Shown in pieces: positions 23,701-34,889 of a stretch of 64,000 nt of DNA. The position numbers and the translations under genes were made by a program. The notes below the pieces were generated by a model that was not told where the DNA came from, did no database searches, and saw nothing but the letters and a program-made list of their open reading frames with translations. Source of the stretch: Felis catus (Eukaryota); assembly GCF_018350175.1 (NCBI RefSeq), contig NC_058369.1, positions 18,848,001 to 18,912,000 on the forward strand, written 5' to 3'. Position 1 is the stretch's first letter; each line of letters starts with the position of its first letter.

Positions 23701-24987
23701 TTTTGGGGCTGAGCAGGGGGCTGCGAGGGACTAAAGAGGTGCTAGAGCTGCTATGGATGCCTTCTACCCCAGGCTGACCTGTACTTCTTCTACCCCCCAC
23801 CTGGCAAGTGCTCTTTCTCTGAAAGACGCTGTGAGCTTTGGGGAGCTGAATCCCTCAGGAAACAGGGGATGCTCCCCCACCCCCAGCCCTGAACAGGACT
23901 TACTTCCCGATGCAGGCGGGCCCACAACCCTGCCTCCCTCCCTGGTGGCGGGTACCGACTTGCCCAGCTCTGCGTGCTGCAGCCTGCCGGACTGCCACCA
24001 GGTCGGCTGACGCGAGTCACACGAGCTACGTGTGCCAGCGCCCCCATGCCGGCCCTGTGCCCACTAGAGGCCTTGCTGCACAGGCCTGCAGGCCTATCCA
24101 GTCCTCCTGGGCCTTCTGCTTTGGGACTAGTTTGGCTAGGTAGGCAGGGGTGACAAGCACTACCCTTCCAACTTGGGCCCTCTCTTCTTCCACAGCTGTG
24201 TGGCCGGGACACTGGCTCACCCCCCATGTCTGGCCCCCTTCCACCATCCCCCAAACCTGGCCCAGGTGTTTGGCTTAGCCATGGACTCAGGGCCTCAGAT
24301 GCCTTGGAAGAGGACTCAGTCGGCTGTGTGGAAGAGGAAGAAGGTATGGTGACAGGAGACAAGGGTATTGCCTTGGGGAGCCCAAGGGAACATGTCCTGG
24401 ACTGGGACTCTGGCTTCTCTGAGGTGTCGGGCAGCACATGGAGAGAGGATGAGCTGCCTGTACTCCAGCACCCAACACCCCCAGCATGGCCCCCCCATAG
24501 ACAGCGCCTCTCGGCCAGTGGCATTCCCCTGCCTAGCAGGGCCCCTGTGGCCGGTGCACCACCTGCCCGTCGACCACGGCCCAAGTCTACACCAGACGCT
24601 TGCCTGGAGCACTGGCGGGGCTTGGAAGCTGAAGACTGGACTGCAGCCCTGCTGAACAGAGGTCGTAGTCGCCAGCCCCTAGTGCTGGGCGACAACTGCT
24701 TTGCTGACTTGGTGCACAACTGGATGGAGCTACCAGAGGCAGCAGGTGAGGGGGATGATAGTGGTGGTCCCCGTGCCCGTGCTCGGCCCCCTCAGTTCCT
24801 GCTTGGGCTCTCTGAGCAGCTGCGGCGCCAGCTGGCCAGGGCACGCAGGGCTGCTATGGCAGGAAAGCGACTGTCATGCCCACCTCGCCCGGAACCTGAA
24901 CTGCCTGCAGATGTCTCACGATTTGCAGCCCTCATGAGCTGCCGAAGCCGTCAACCCATCATCTGCAATGATGTCAGCTACCTCTGA
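23397..24987 (+). CDS. INKA1: PAK4 inhibitor INKA1 (FAM212A), 2 exons, 280 aa
   Basis: Exon 1 is 23397-23447 (MHSARLDSFLSQLRWEL|GTGAGA). Exon 2 is 24196-24987 after cacag. Contains the Inka box EDWTAALLNRGRSRQPLVLGDNCFADLVHNWMELP and the C-terminal repeat FAALMSCRSRQPIICNDVSYL. Confidence 0.95.
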
Positions 24988-25008
24988 CCCTGCCCTCCAG
25001 CCTGGGAC

Positions 25009-25014
25009 AATAAA
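25009..25014 (+). terminator. INKA1 poly(A) signal AATAAA
   Basis: AATAAA 21 nt after the TGA stop. Confidence 0.8.
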
Positions 25015-25221
25015 GGCCTTTCTCTGGTCTATCCTGGTTCCATACCCCTGAGGCTCTAGGAGGTGGCCCCAGCCCTTTGAGGCGCAGCCCAGGCAGGTGA
25101 AGCTAAAGAGCCTTTTCCTTCCCTGCAGGGGTCCCTGTCATGCCCACATCACCCACCCTGTGCATTACTGCCCCATGTTTTGCCATCCATCCTCTCCACT
25201 TACACCCTCCTTCAACAAGCA

Positions 25222-25227
25222 TTTATT
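25222..25227 (-). terminator. UBA7 poly(A) signal AATAAA
   Basis: tttatt on + strand about 65 nt after the UBA7 stop, inside an L2-like 3'-end fragment. Confidence 0.75.
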
Positions 25228-25291
25228 GAGTGCCTACTGTGGGCTCAGGATGCAGGGCTCGATAGAGCCAGGTGATAGGGCTGCTGCCTTG

Positions 25292-27689
25292 TCACAGCTC
25301 GTAGTGCAAGGGTGGGAAGGTAGTGTCCTCCTCCTCACCCTCACAGCTGAGCTCTAGCACCAGCATCCGCTGCCCAGGCTCAAGCATCCGGCTTGTCACC
25401 TGCTGCACCAGTTTGGTCACCCTGGTAGTGTGGGGTGGGGGGAAAGAGGTTGGGAGAGATTGGGTAGGTGAGCAGTGGTAGGCAGAGTGACCTGACATGG
25501 ACCAGGGGGTGCTGATGGGCCATAAGGAGCCCAAGCCAGGGGCAGGAGCAGCTTAAGACAGGAAACATCTGAAACTATTTTAGGAGCAGCAGGCAGGGCG
25601 GGCAGGAGGCAGGAAGCTGTGAGTCCCCTGGGAGTGGGCCGTGAAAGGGGGGCTTAACAGGGTGTGGAGGAGCTAATGGGGGGTGTGGAGGAGCTAATGG
25701 GGCCGGCCAAGCAGGCAGCTTGGAGGCCCCTCCTCAGGCTTTCAGCCCTCACCCCACCCCCAGCCCATTTGCCGGCTCCATTTGGCAAAAGAAAGCTTCA
25801 GGAGGGTGTGAGAGGCCCAAATGGGGTTGGGAGGAGGAAAGACTTCATCATGTCTCCCACCTCCAACCTCCAGGGACAGAACAAGTCCTGGCTAAAGCCA
25901 GGTGCGGGCTCACCGAAGGGCCAGGTGCTGGGCCTGCTTTTCAGGTGACCATCCTGCTGAGTAGAGTAGGGCCTTGCCGTGCAGCAGCATCTTCACCCTC
26001 AGCCCATACCGTTCCTAGAGAGAGTCAGGTCAAGTGCCAGCTAGACCAGGCTGGGCCAAGACTGAAGGCGAGGAGGAGGAATGGGGCTCACCTGGAGATG
26101 GGCCAGCAACGACTTTAGGGTCCTTTCTGGCTGCCCAGCAGGCACCTTCAGGCGGTCCCAACAGGTCCAGGTCCATGTCAGGTGATGGCACTTGGGGTGG
26201 TGGGGGGAGGAATGAGAAGCTTCTCACACACACCCTCCCCCTACCCATTACCAGCAGCTGATGGCCCCTTTCCTAGGGGAGGAGCTGGACTAGAGGCAGG
26301 AAGCAGAAGCCCCGGGGCGGGGGGTGGGGGGGGGGTGTTGGAAGGTGGGATCTGGGCCCAGAGTCTCAGTACCCTCCCCGCCTATGCTGGGGCCAGCACA
26401 GGAAATGGGGCTATGGGGCCCCCGCACAGGGAAACAGGCAATCCATCACACAGGCTGGTTGTATGTGTGTGTGTGTGTAGGGGGGGCGTTGCTTCCTGAG
26501 GAAACAGGAGCAGGGCCGCTGCAGTCTCCGATAAAGCAGCTTGATCCTCAAATGCAAGGCTGGAAGCTGGGGGGTACATCCTGCCCCCTCATCCTGTATT
26601 GCCAGGGCCTTGGGCTATGTGGGCACAGAGTATCAAGGGGCACAATGACCACTAGGGCCCCACTGGCTGAGACCCCAGCAGGGACCCAGTCTGCAAGGGC
26701 CTCCTCTTCCTGTCCCCTTTCCTTCCCCATTTCAAAAATCTTGGGATTCTGGTGACTGGAGCTGAGGGTGGCAAGGCAGCCAGGACAGACCCCCGCCTCC
26801 AGAAAGCACAGTGGGGTCAAGCTGAGATGAGGCCAGAGGTGAGTTGGGGGGGATCCTCCCTTGCTCCCTCCCCCTCTACCGCAGACAAAGGCAGCTTATG
26901 TGCTAGAAGCCCTTCACAAAGGGGCTCTGTGTACTGTGCCCTGAGGGACCCCAGCAAAAGCCCAGTGCTGGCCCATGACCTCTCCCCTCTCCCTTGGTAT
27001 TCTCTCCACCCCCTCTCCTGTGCCCCAAGAAAATGCCAACTAACTACTGCCTAGCCTGGGCACACAGCCAGGGGCATCCACAGCCCTGCACTCGAAGGAA
27101 CACACATGGACACAAGCCTGGGAATGCCTGCATGTGTACTCACATGCACACCCATGCAAGCCCACATTGAAGAAGAGTCCTGTACTCCCATCTGGCACAC
27201 AGATGTGCCAGCATCCTCCCTCCATGGCCACAAACCTCAGGGCCAGGGATGCCCAGACCCCTGTGCACTTAGACGCACACAACCCTCCCCCCCCCCCCCC
27301 CCCCCGCAACTGGTGAGCTCAGTGGCCTTTAACTCAGCTTGGAGAGTGTGGGCCAGGATCCCCATGCCATGCAAGCTGAAGTTAGGCTCTGTTTGGGGCT
27401 AGGGCTCTAGTCCTCCCTCCCTACCACCTCCCCCTTAGGGCTGGTGGAGGCTGTGAGGGATATCTGGCTCCACTAATGAGTTAAAGCTGCAGCTCCCCCA
27501 GACCCGGGCTGTGGAGGGATGGGGGTGGGGGTGGCTGACGGCTGCTTCCTGTGTCTGACAGGTCCCAGTCTGGCTTCACAGCAGGAAGGGGGCTGGAGGG
27601 AGTCTTAAGGACTCCCCCAGAGTCTGGGTTCTGGTACAAACCCAAAGCCAGAGTAGAGCCTGTTTTGGTAGGTGCAAGGAGAACCCAGG

Positions 27690-27738
<49 letters not shown>

Positions 27739-30700
27739 TGGGGGGGGGGGGGTGTCAAGGGCTCACCTTCTGGATGGCTGGGGCGCAAGGCACCCAGCGG
27801 CTAAAGCGGTTTTCAGCCAGATGCAGGTGGCTGTGGCGAAAAGCACTGAGGGGCCGTGGCCCATTCACCACCTTATACAGCTCCAGGCCCACCAAGCCAG
27901 CCACAGCTGCTGTAGTGGTGACAATGGCTGGAATAATCTGGCCCACAATTCGCTTGCTCTGCCAAGGACAAGAGATTTGGTCTGGGCCCAAGGTGTAGGG
28001 CTAGGGTTTGACCTCCACCTCTAGGCCTGAGCCCCAAAGGGCAGGGTTACCTGGGCGTGGTTGGCAGGGGGGATCCCATAGTTCTGAGCTCGCAGGCTTG
28101 CTGCCGCTGCCACAAAGTCCACATGGAAGTTGCTATCATTGTCCTGTGAGGCCCAAGTCACAGTCATGTTAACACTGCCCCAGAGTCCCTAGCCATGGCT
28201 GACCACGTGTCACTGTACAGGTCTTCCCATAATCCTGTGGGATGGATGCTTACATCTCCCCACTTATCAGGTAAGGAAGCTGAGGCTCAGGGAAGGTGAT
28301 CTGCTTTTGGGGGTCCTGCTGGGAGGAGGATTCAGGCCAAGGGACTTCAAAGCTACTTTCCTAGCTCTTGAACTTCCCCAACAATCTTCCCCAACTTGTC
28401 CCTTCACCCCTACTTGGACTCCCACCTTCTCAAACTTCAGGGGCTCGAGGGGAGGGCTCCCACTCCAGACTTCCAGGACTTTGTGCAGTTTCTTCAATTG
28501 CTCAGGGCCTGTCAGAGGAAGGGGTTAGAAGTTCTTAGCCCCTACCTTCTGTGTTCTCCCTGGAGCCTGGTGCCTATTCTTGGTCTCTCCTAAGACTAAA
28601 CTTGCCACTTTCAGGGAGACCCCCTGAATGATAGTGCAGTCTCCTCTCAAGCAGCCCCAGCCCTACTTGTGTGTGTGTGTGCCTGCATACGTGTACCAAT
28701 TATCTCCGTCCTCACCTGGGGAACATAACTAGGTTTGTGGGGGGGGGGGGTTGCTGAGAATCTGCCATGGGAATAGAGGTGCAGGGGTATGGGTAGCAGG
28801 GAGAGTGCCTACTGAGGGGCTAGAGGATGAGCCCAAGCCTTGAGAGAAGCAAAATCAGAGGGCCTGAGAGATAGTGATTTGGCTGCAGGGTCCCCAGGCC
28901 CCATCTTCCTTCTGCAGCATAAGCTGAGGACAGGGCTATACCTTTGGATGGCAGCATAGGGGGCTAGAGGTCAGGAGCCTCACCAAACTCAGCAGAAGCC
29001 CGAGCTAGCTCCAGGTCGTTAGGAAAGATGGGGACCAGGTTCTGGGGGACGGGCAGTGGCAGCAACTTCAGTAGTTCCCTGAGTGCAGTCTGGTCCCGTG
29101 AGCCAGGCAGTCCATGCATCTGGGCATACAAGTTAGCGGCCGCCAGCACATAGAGGAGGTGTGTGTCCTGCAGTCAGAGCAAGAGCATGGGAAGACGCAT
29201 GGGTAGAGCGAGCATGTACAGGTACATGGGGTAGGGGTCACCACCCATTTATGGATCTGTTTGAGTGTCTGCCTCTGTGTCACACGTGGACACCCACATG
29301 CGCACAAACACAGCAATCTCCCTCAGCATCTGCTTATCTCTGAAGAACAGGGGCCCACTTCTGCTCTGAGGGGTCACATCCCCATCTTGGGGTTCCTAAG
29401 GGACCCCACTTACTTGGCTGGCATCAAACTGCAAGGGCTGCGGACACTGTTTGGAACCTGACCAGAAAAGAGTTCCATCCTCAAGCACCTAAGGAAATGG
29501 AGGCTGCTGGGCTCGGTCTGGTTCCCCTGAGCCCTCAGCCTCCCAATCCCTAGCTACCCACTTTATCAGGTGGGAAACGATTCAGGAGCTGCATGATGCC
29601 ATCATGGAAGCATAGTTGCCAGTGGCCAAGAGCCCACACCACACAGTCTTGCCAGGTCTGTGGACGCTCTCTTAGGACACCCAGCACCTCCTGCAGCAGG
29701 GTCAGCACCTTTAGCCCATCTGGTTCTGCCAGAGAAGTGGGTGCCCTGCGGACAGAGGAAGGGTTTCGAGGCTAAAGCCCTGAAGATTCTGGTGCTAGGG
29801 GCTAGCTAGGGGTAGCCCTCTGGTGCTAGAGGGCTCCCGTCCACCCCTCTTTTTTTATTTTTTTATTTTTTTTAAGTTACTTATTTTGAGAGAGAGAGAG
29901 TACACGGGAGGGGCAGAGAGAGAAAGAGGGAGAGAGAGGATACCAAGTGGGTTCTATGCTGTCAGCACAGAGCCCAACAAGGGGCCCCAACTCAAGATCC
30001 ATGAGATCATGACCTGAGCAAAACCAAGAGTCAGATGCTTAACCGACTGAGCCACCCAGGCGCCCCTCCCGTCTACCCCTCTTGGTGGCCTTACTGTTGG
30101 TGGCGGTTGATGGTCTCAGCAGACAGACGGAAGAGCCCCTCAAACTCATCCCGGGCCCACTGTGGGGGAGAGAGGAACCATGAGGTGTCACACGGGGAAT
30201 CAGTCTACAGCTGAGGACTGAGCTGGGTGGGCTAGGCCTTTCTGGGGTGCGTCCTACCTGCACGGTGTGCTCGACTGTGCTGGGGAAGTGCCGCAGGGTA
30301 CAGACAGGGTAGGTAGCATTCTCAGAAGCTATAGCTGAGGCAGGGGCTCTGTAGGTCTCAGTCACACACGGCATGAACACTGAAGCATGTCCCAAGGTAC
30401 CATGTGTCCCCGCCTCCAGCAGTGGCTTCAGATAGTGGGTGCAGCGAGCAGCCACATAGCGCCCTAGCAAGAGGGGCAGAGGGTCAGGAGTGGGGCTGGC
30501 ACTGCCTTGACCAAGGGGCTGAGTTTCAAGGGCAAGTGCTTACGGGCCTGGAAACTGTCCAGGGCAGCAGCCACACCGTCCACACGGGAGAAGAAGTTGT
30601 TCCCATAGATGTGCTCTGTAGTGGGATCCAGTGGGTAGATGAGTGGGGTCACCTGCAAGTCTGAGTTCAGGCGGCGAGCAGCCTCTGCAGCTACCTCTGC

Positions 30701-33700
30701 CTTAGGCCTCTGAAAAGAGAGCAGGAAGATGCTGGGGGTGTTGGGGGGCACTGTGGGAGGACCGTCCAGGATGCTAGGTGTGGGTAGGGGCCGGCACTCA
30801 CACCAATGTCCTGGGTCCTGAAGAGGAACTGACGGCTGAGATTGGAGCGCTCTATGTGGTCCATGTCGGCAACAGTCACTCCCCCGCTGGCGCCAGCCCC
30901 GAGGCCCACTAGGGCAAAACCTTTGAGCAACTCACAACCGATAGCTCCAGCACCCACCTGCCAGCAGGAGCAGCCTTAGTCAGAGGGCCTGGACTGGCCC
31001 TCCCACAGGCATCTCCCAACTGGACCACAAAGCTCACCAGGAGGTAGTGCTGGCGGCTCAGCTTCTCCTGAAAACCAGCCCCAAACACTGCAATTTGCCC
31101 ATCATAGCGACAATGTCTCTAGAAGACACAGACAGGGGTCAGTGATGGCCACTGGCCTGTGCTGTGTCTCCGTCTTACGCTAACTTTTCCAGGTCAGGAT
31201 CTCTGGATCATTCTTCCTGTTCCTTCTCTAGTTCTGAATTTGGAGAAAGCTTGCACCCCTACCCCAGGTTCTTACCGGAGCACAGTCCTCTGGTTTGGGA
31301 TGGGGCTCCCCGTCTTCTGGAAGGCAATCGAGGGCATCAAAGTAAAGCCACTGGTCCAGGGGCATGAACTTCCTGGAGATTGCCTAGAGGCCAGCATTTT
31401 AGTGTAGGGACTCCTGCCAGCTCCAGAGCCACTAGGATCCTGGCTGGGCTTCACCAGATTGGCGAAGCCTCCAAGGCCACTGTCTGGTACTGGGCACTCT
31501 CTGGCACCCACACTTACCTCCACACCCTTCCCAGTCCCACCCTGCCTGTGCCTGTGCTCACTTTCAGCACTTCCTGGGCGGCCACCGCACCCAACATGGC
31601 TGCCATGGGGCTCAAGCCACCAGCACTACTCAGGGCAACTGTCTGCACGAGAGCCTCATCCAGAGGCTCTTCCAGCGGCTCTCCTTCTGTCCCCTTCAGT
31701 GGTTCCAGGGACTGGGCCAGGCCCACCACCATCTCTGCATCAACCTGTGGGGTAGAACTCTGTGGGCACGGCAGCCCTGGCCTGAGCTCCATTCCCTACT
31801 CAAACCCTTCATGCAGCCACCCCCCATTTCCAGAGAAGTGGAAGCAGAGCCTAAGTGTGAAGGCCCAAACCAGTTGCCAGACTGTGCAGCCCCGCCAGAG
31901 AACGCCTAGACAATGCCCTTAAGGGCTTCACCAACATGGGTAGAGATTTCACCTTAGAACTGAATGGTTAGGAGGTGGCGGGGTCCCCAGCCTTTGTGCC
32001 TGGTACTTTCAGGGACCCTCTCTCTGGCCTAGAGACAGTGTTATCATTTCCTATATGTAAGTGGGAAAATGCCTCTGGGATTATAACTTGGGTCTGTGAG
32101 ATAATCATTGTTGCCTCCTGGCAGGTGAGACCCCAATAAGACAGAGGCTCAAGGAAGAGCAGAGGGGCCACTCACAGGATCCCAGGGCCGGGGCAGGCGG
32201 CCATTGAGGTGCTGGAACTGGTGCAGGGCACGGAAGGCCTGATGTAGGCAGCGGGCGCGGCGAGCTTCCTGGGAACTCTGGGCCACCACACGGGGCTGGA
32301 GCAGAGCTACATCCAGGGGCTTCTGTAGCAGGTACTTAGCTCAGGGTCAGGTTCAGAAGACTGTGGGCCCCTTGAAGCTCCCCTACTTCAGATGCACTTG
32401 CACTCACATGGTTCACAGTCTTGGGCCTCTTGACCTCAGTGACAGTCCCACCACTCAAGTAACAGGAGAAATTTGCTGTGTCCCCAATCTCCAAGGTTCT
32501 GTCCCCTAGGGGAGATCCAGCCTCGTCAGTATGATCTCTGAACCGGAGTAGTTCTTTATACTCTATCCTGTCTTGCATCTGTGTCCTTGACCTTGCTCCA
32601 TGCTGAGGAAGGTGGAAGAGAACCTACCCCCAAGGACCAGAGCCAGGCTGTGTGTGCCCCCTGTTGGGGCTTGGGTGCTGGGCCTGGAAGTGGAGAGGGT
32701 TGGCTTACCGTTCACGTGGATAGGCCGGGGATCACAGCCATTGAGCTCCACCATGCCCTTAATGCCCGAGAAAGTCACCAAATCCCCATCGCAGAAGTTG
32801 TGGGCCTCTTTTTTCAGAGTAAGAATTCCAGGGGAGCCCTGGAGAAGAGGAGGCTTGGTTCAGGGGTGCCCTCCTGGGTCAGCAGGTGAGCACCCACACT
32901 TCAACACCCACCTGGGAGATGTGCTGGATAGAAGCTGTCAGGGGTTCTGCCTCTGTAGGATCCTGCACAGTGAAGTCCTCACCAAAGTCACAGAACAACT
33001 GCCTGTGGTGTGGTGGCAGGGGTCACTGAGACGGCTCAGTGGTTAATCGCCATGCTTGTGGTGAAGCGTGGGAGACACTAGGGCAAGCTCAGAGAGCCAG
33101 CACTGGGAAGGGATACTGGGAGAGGCTTGGAAGCTAGAGTTTGAGGGACTTACTGAGCGGGTCTGGAGGCTGGGGTGGAAGAAGCAGAGGGGTGGGACTG
33201 GGGACCAGAACCAGAAGGGGATGCTGGGACAGGCCTGGGGCTGGGTGGAGGGGCACTGGAGCAAGCCTGGAGCTAGGAATAGCACTGGGACCAGTTACTG
33301 CCTGTGATGTGGTAGGCCAGGCAGGGAGCCTTGCTCACCCCACAAGGCCCCGGGTATCGGCCACCAGAAAGCAGACTCCGAGCTTGTGGCATAAAGTGCC
33401 CAACTTCAGCTGCTCCTCCAGCTTCGAGGTGGTCAGCACCACTACCTGGATGGACCCCGTGATCAGCAGGGCCAGAACCGCTGCTCAGCTCAGGGCTAGA
33501 GGAAGGGACTGGGCTCACACGGAGAGGGGGGCAGGGAGGGTACCTGGAAGTCCAGCAGCAGCTCCTCGGTGATGTCACCTGTGTGGATGCATACCTGGAC
33601 AGCTCTGTTAAGCTTAGCCACAAGTTCTTGAGATGCCTCAGCCCTGCTTCTTTCCAAGTCCTGCTCTGAGAGGAAAAACTAGAGAGGGACACAGTAGTCT

Positions 33701-34089
33701 GGCTTGAGCACGGAGATTTGTCTCGGGTCCTTGGTCTGGGAAGCATAGCCACCCACCCCACCACCCCAGCTGACCCTCACCTGGGCAGCCAGGTCAGACC
33801 AACAGGTAGGGTGGGGATCATGCAGAGTGAGGCTGCCCACACCCATCAGGACCAGGTTTTTGGCCACCTCAGCCCCCAGGCCCTGAAGGCCTGACAGCAG
33901 GACCTTCGCTCCCTGAATCTTCTGCATGGCCGGCAAGTCCAGCACATACCTGCGGATGGGGAAAAAGAAGGTAGGCGATCGGCGACCAGAAGTCAGAAAG
34001 CCACCCCATTCCCTTCCCCGCCTCGGGCCTCACAGCTGCCGTGAGTATCGCTCCTTATCCAGCAACTTGGAGGTCTCCGGGGCAGCCAT
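25292..34089 (-). CDS. UBA7: Ubiquitin-like modifier-activating enzyme 7 (ISG15 E1, UBE1L), 24 exons, 1012 aa
   Basis: Exons 5'->3': 34089-34034, 33949-33781, 33678-33544, 33445-33339, 33002-32912, 32838-32709, 32505-32408, 32322-32176, 31744-31562, 31383-31276, 31118-31038, 30957-30802, 30709-30544, 30463-30258, 30159-30095, 29745-29562, 29488-29414, 29167-28984, 28508-28426, 28143-28051, 27958-27767, 26190-26092, 26014-25914, 25421-25292 (3039 nt, open). E1 motifs: [32 protein letters not shown], catalytic Cys in [10 protein letters not shown] (TGT 30300-30302), [11 protein letters not shown]-terminus FPPLHYEL. Confidence 0.96.
27694..27752. repeat. (TG)~21 microsatellite followed by G13
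   Basis: Directly visible at the 5' end of UBA7 intron 21. Confidence 0.95.
29850..30066 (-). mobile_element. Can-SINE in UBA7 intron 15
   Basis: Antisense consensus; TSD tcccgtcYacccctct at 29835-29850 and 30067-30082. Confidence 0.9.
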
Positions 34090-34257
34090 CCTGCGGCTGG
34101 ACAACAGGCTGCAGCGCTTAGAGACGCGGTCGCTGCGTGGGAGGCTGTGCTAGCAGAGGCCAGTGCCTCACTGTGGCTAGTGCACACAGGCACTTTGTCT
34201 ACGGGACTGAAGGACGATACCAGTCACAGCTTTCTTCCTGGCTCCTCCGTCATTTCA

Positions 34258-34283
34258 GGGGAAATGAAAGTGAAAGTAAAACT
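34258..34283. promoter_or_regulatory. Tandem ISRE/IRF-binding element in the UBA7 promoter
   Basis: GGGGAAATGAAAGTGAAAGTAAAACT (repeated GAAA units) about 170 bp upstream of the UBA7 ATG. UBA7 is an established interferon-stimulated gene. Confidence 0.85.
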
Positions 34284-34889
34284 AGACTGAGCCGGCTTAG
34301 TCCTGCTAGTCCTGCCTCCAGACCATCCTGAACGGTTCTGGCAGCTGTAAGTCACAGGCAAAGTGGGACAGAACTCCTGGGTGTATTTGGCCTCTGTGAG
34401 AGCAGGTATCTTTCTTGAGGAAGGAAGCCACGGGAGGGATCCATGTGGGCTGGAGGCCATGGTCTCCTGTGGCTCTCTAGATGTCCCAAACCTCAGGCCC
34501 CATCCCCCCCAGTGTGGCTGCCTGAATGGGCTTCCTGCCCAGAGTGCTGGCAGGAACCCCCGTGTCCTGAGGACTCACCTTGCCCACCACACAGGGTAGA
34601 GCCAGTCCCATCCCAGAGGCTGTGGGAGCTTATGAAATTACATTGTCCTGCCCCCGGGGCCCAAACCACAGACCCAGGTGGAGCCTGGCATCTTTGGGAA
34701 TACCCACCTGCTTGGCCCTGGGCCAACTCCTCAGAGGATAAGGATTCCCCCTTGCCCACAGCTGCCAGCCTAGGACAGATTGCAGTCCTAGGTGACCAGT
34801 CAGGGATGAGTCTTAGGACTCAAAGAGGGTGGTCAGTCTCTGAGTGCCAGACCTAAGAGTGGCAGCCATGATCACGTGTGTCCTTACTT

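Noticed and set aside
23790-24719. 309-aa minus-strand ORF
   Set aside because: Antisense shadow of GC-rich INKA1 exon 2 with no recognisable product.
31276-31383. Apparent frameshift in UBA7 exon 10 suggested by the ORF track
   Set aside because: Manual reading gives a 108-nt in-frame exon ([36 protein letters not shown]), so UBA7 is not a pseudogene.
34224-34253. 9-codon ATG ORF upstream of UBA7
   Set aside because: Abuts the ISRE and is probably at or upstream of the TSS, so it cannot be called a uORF.
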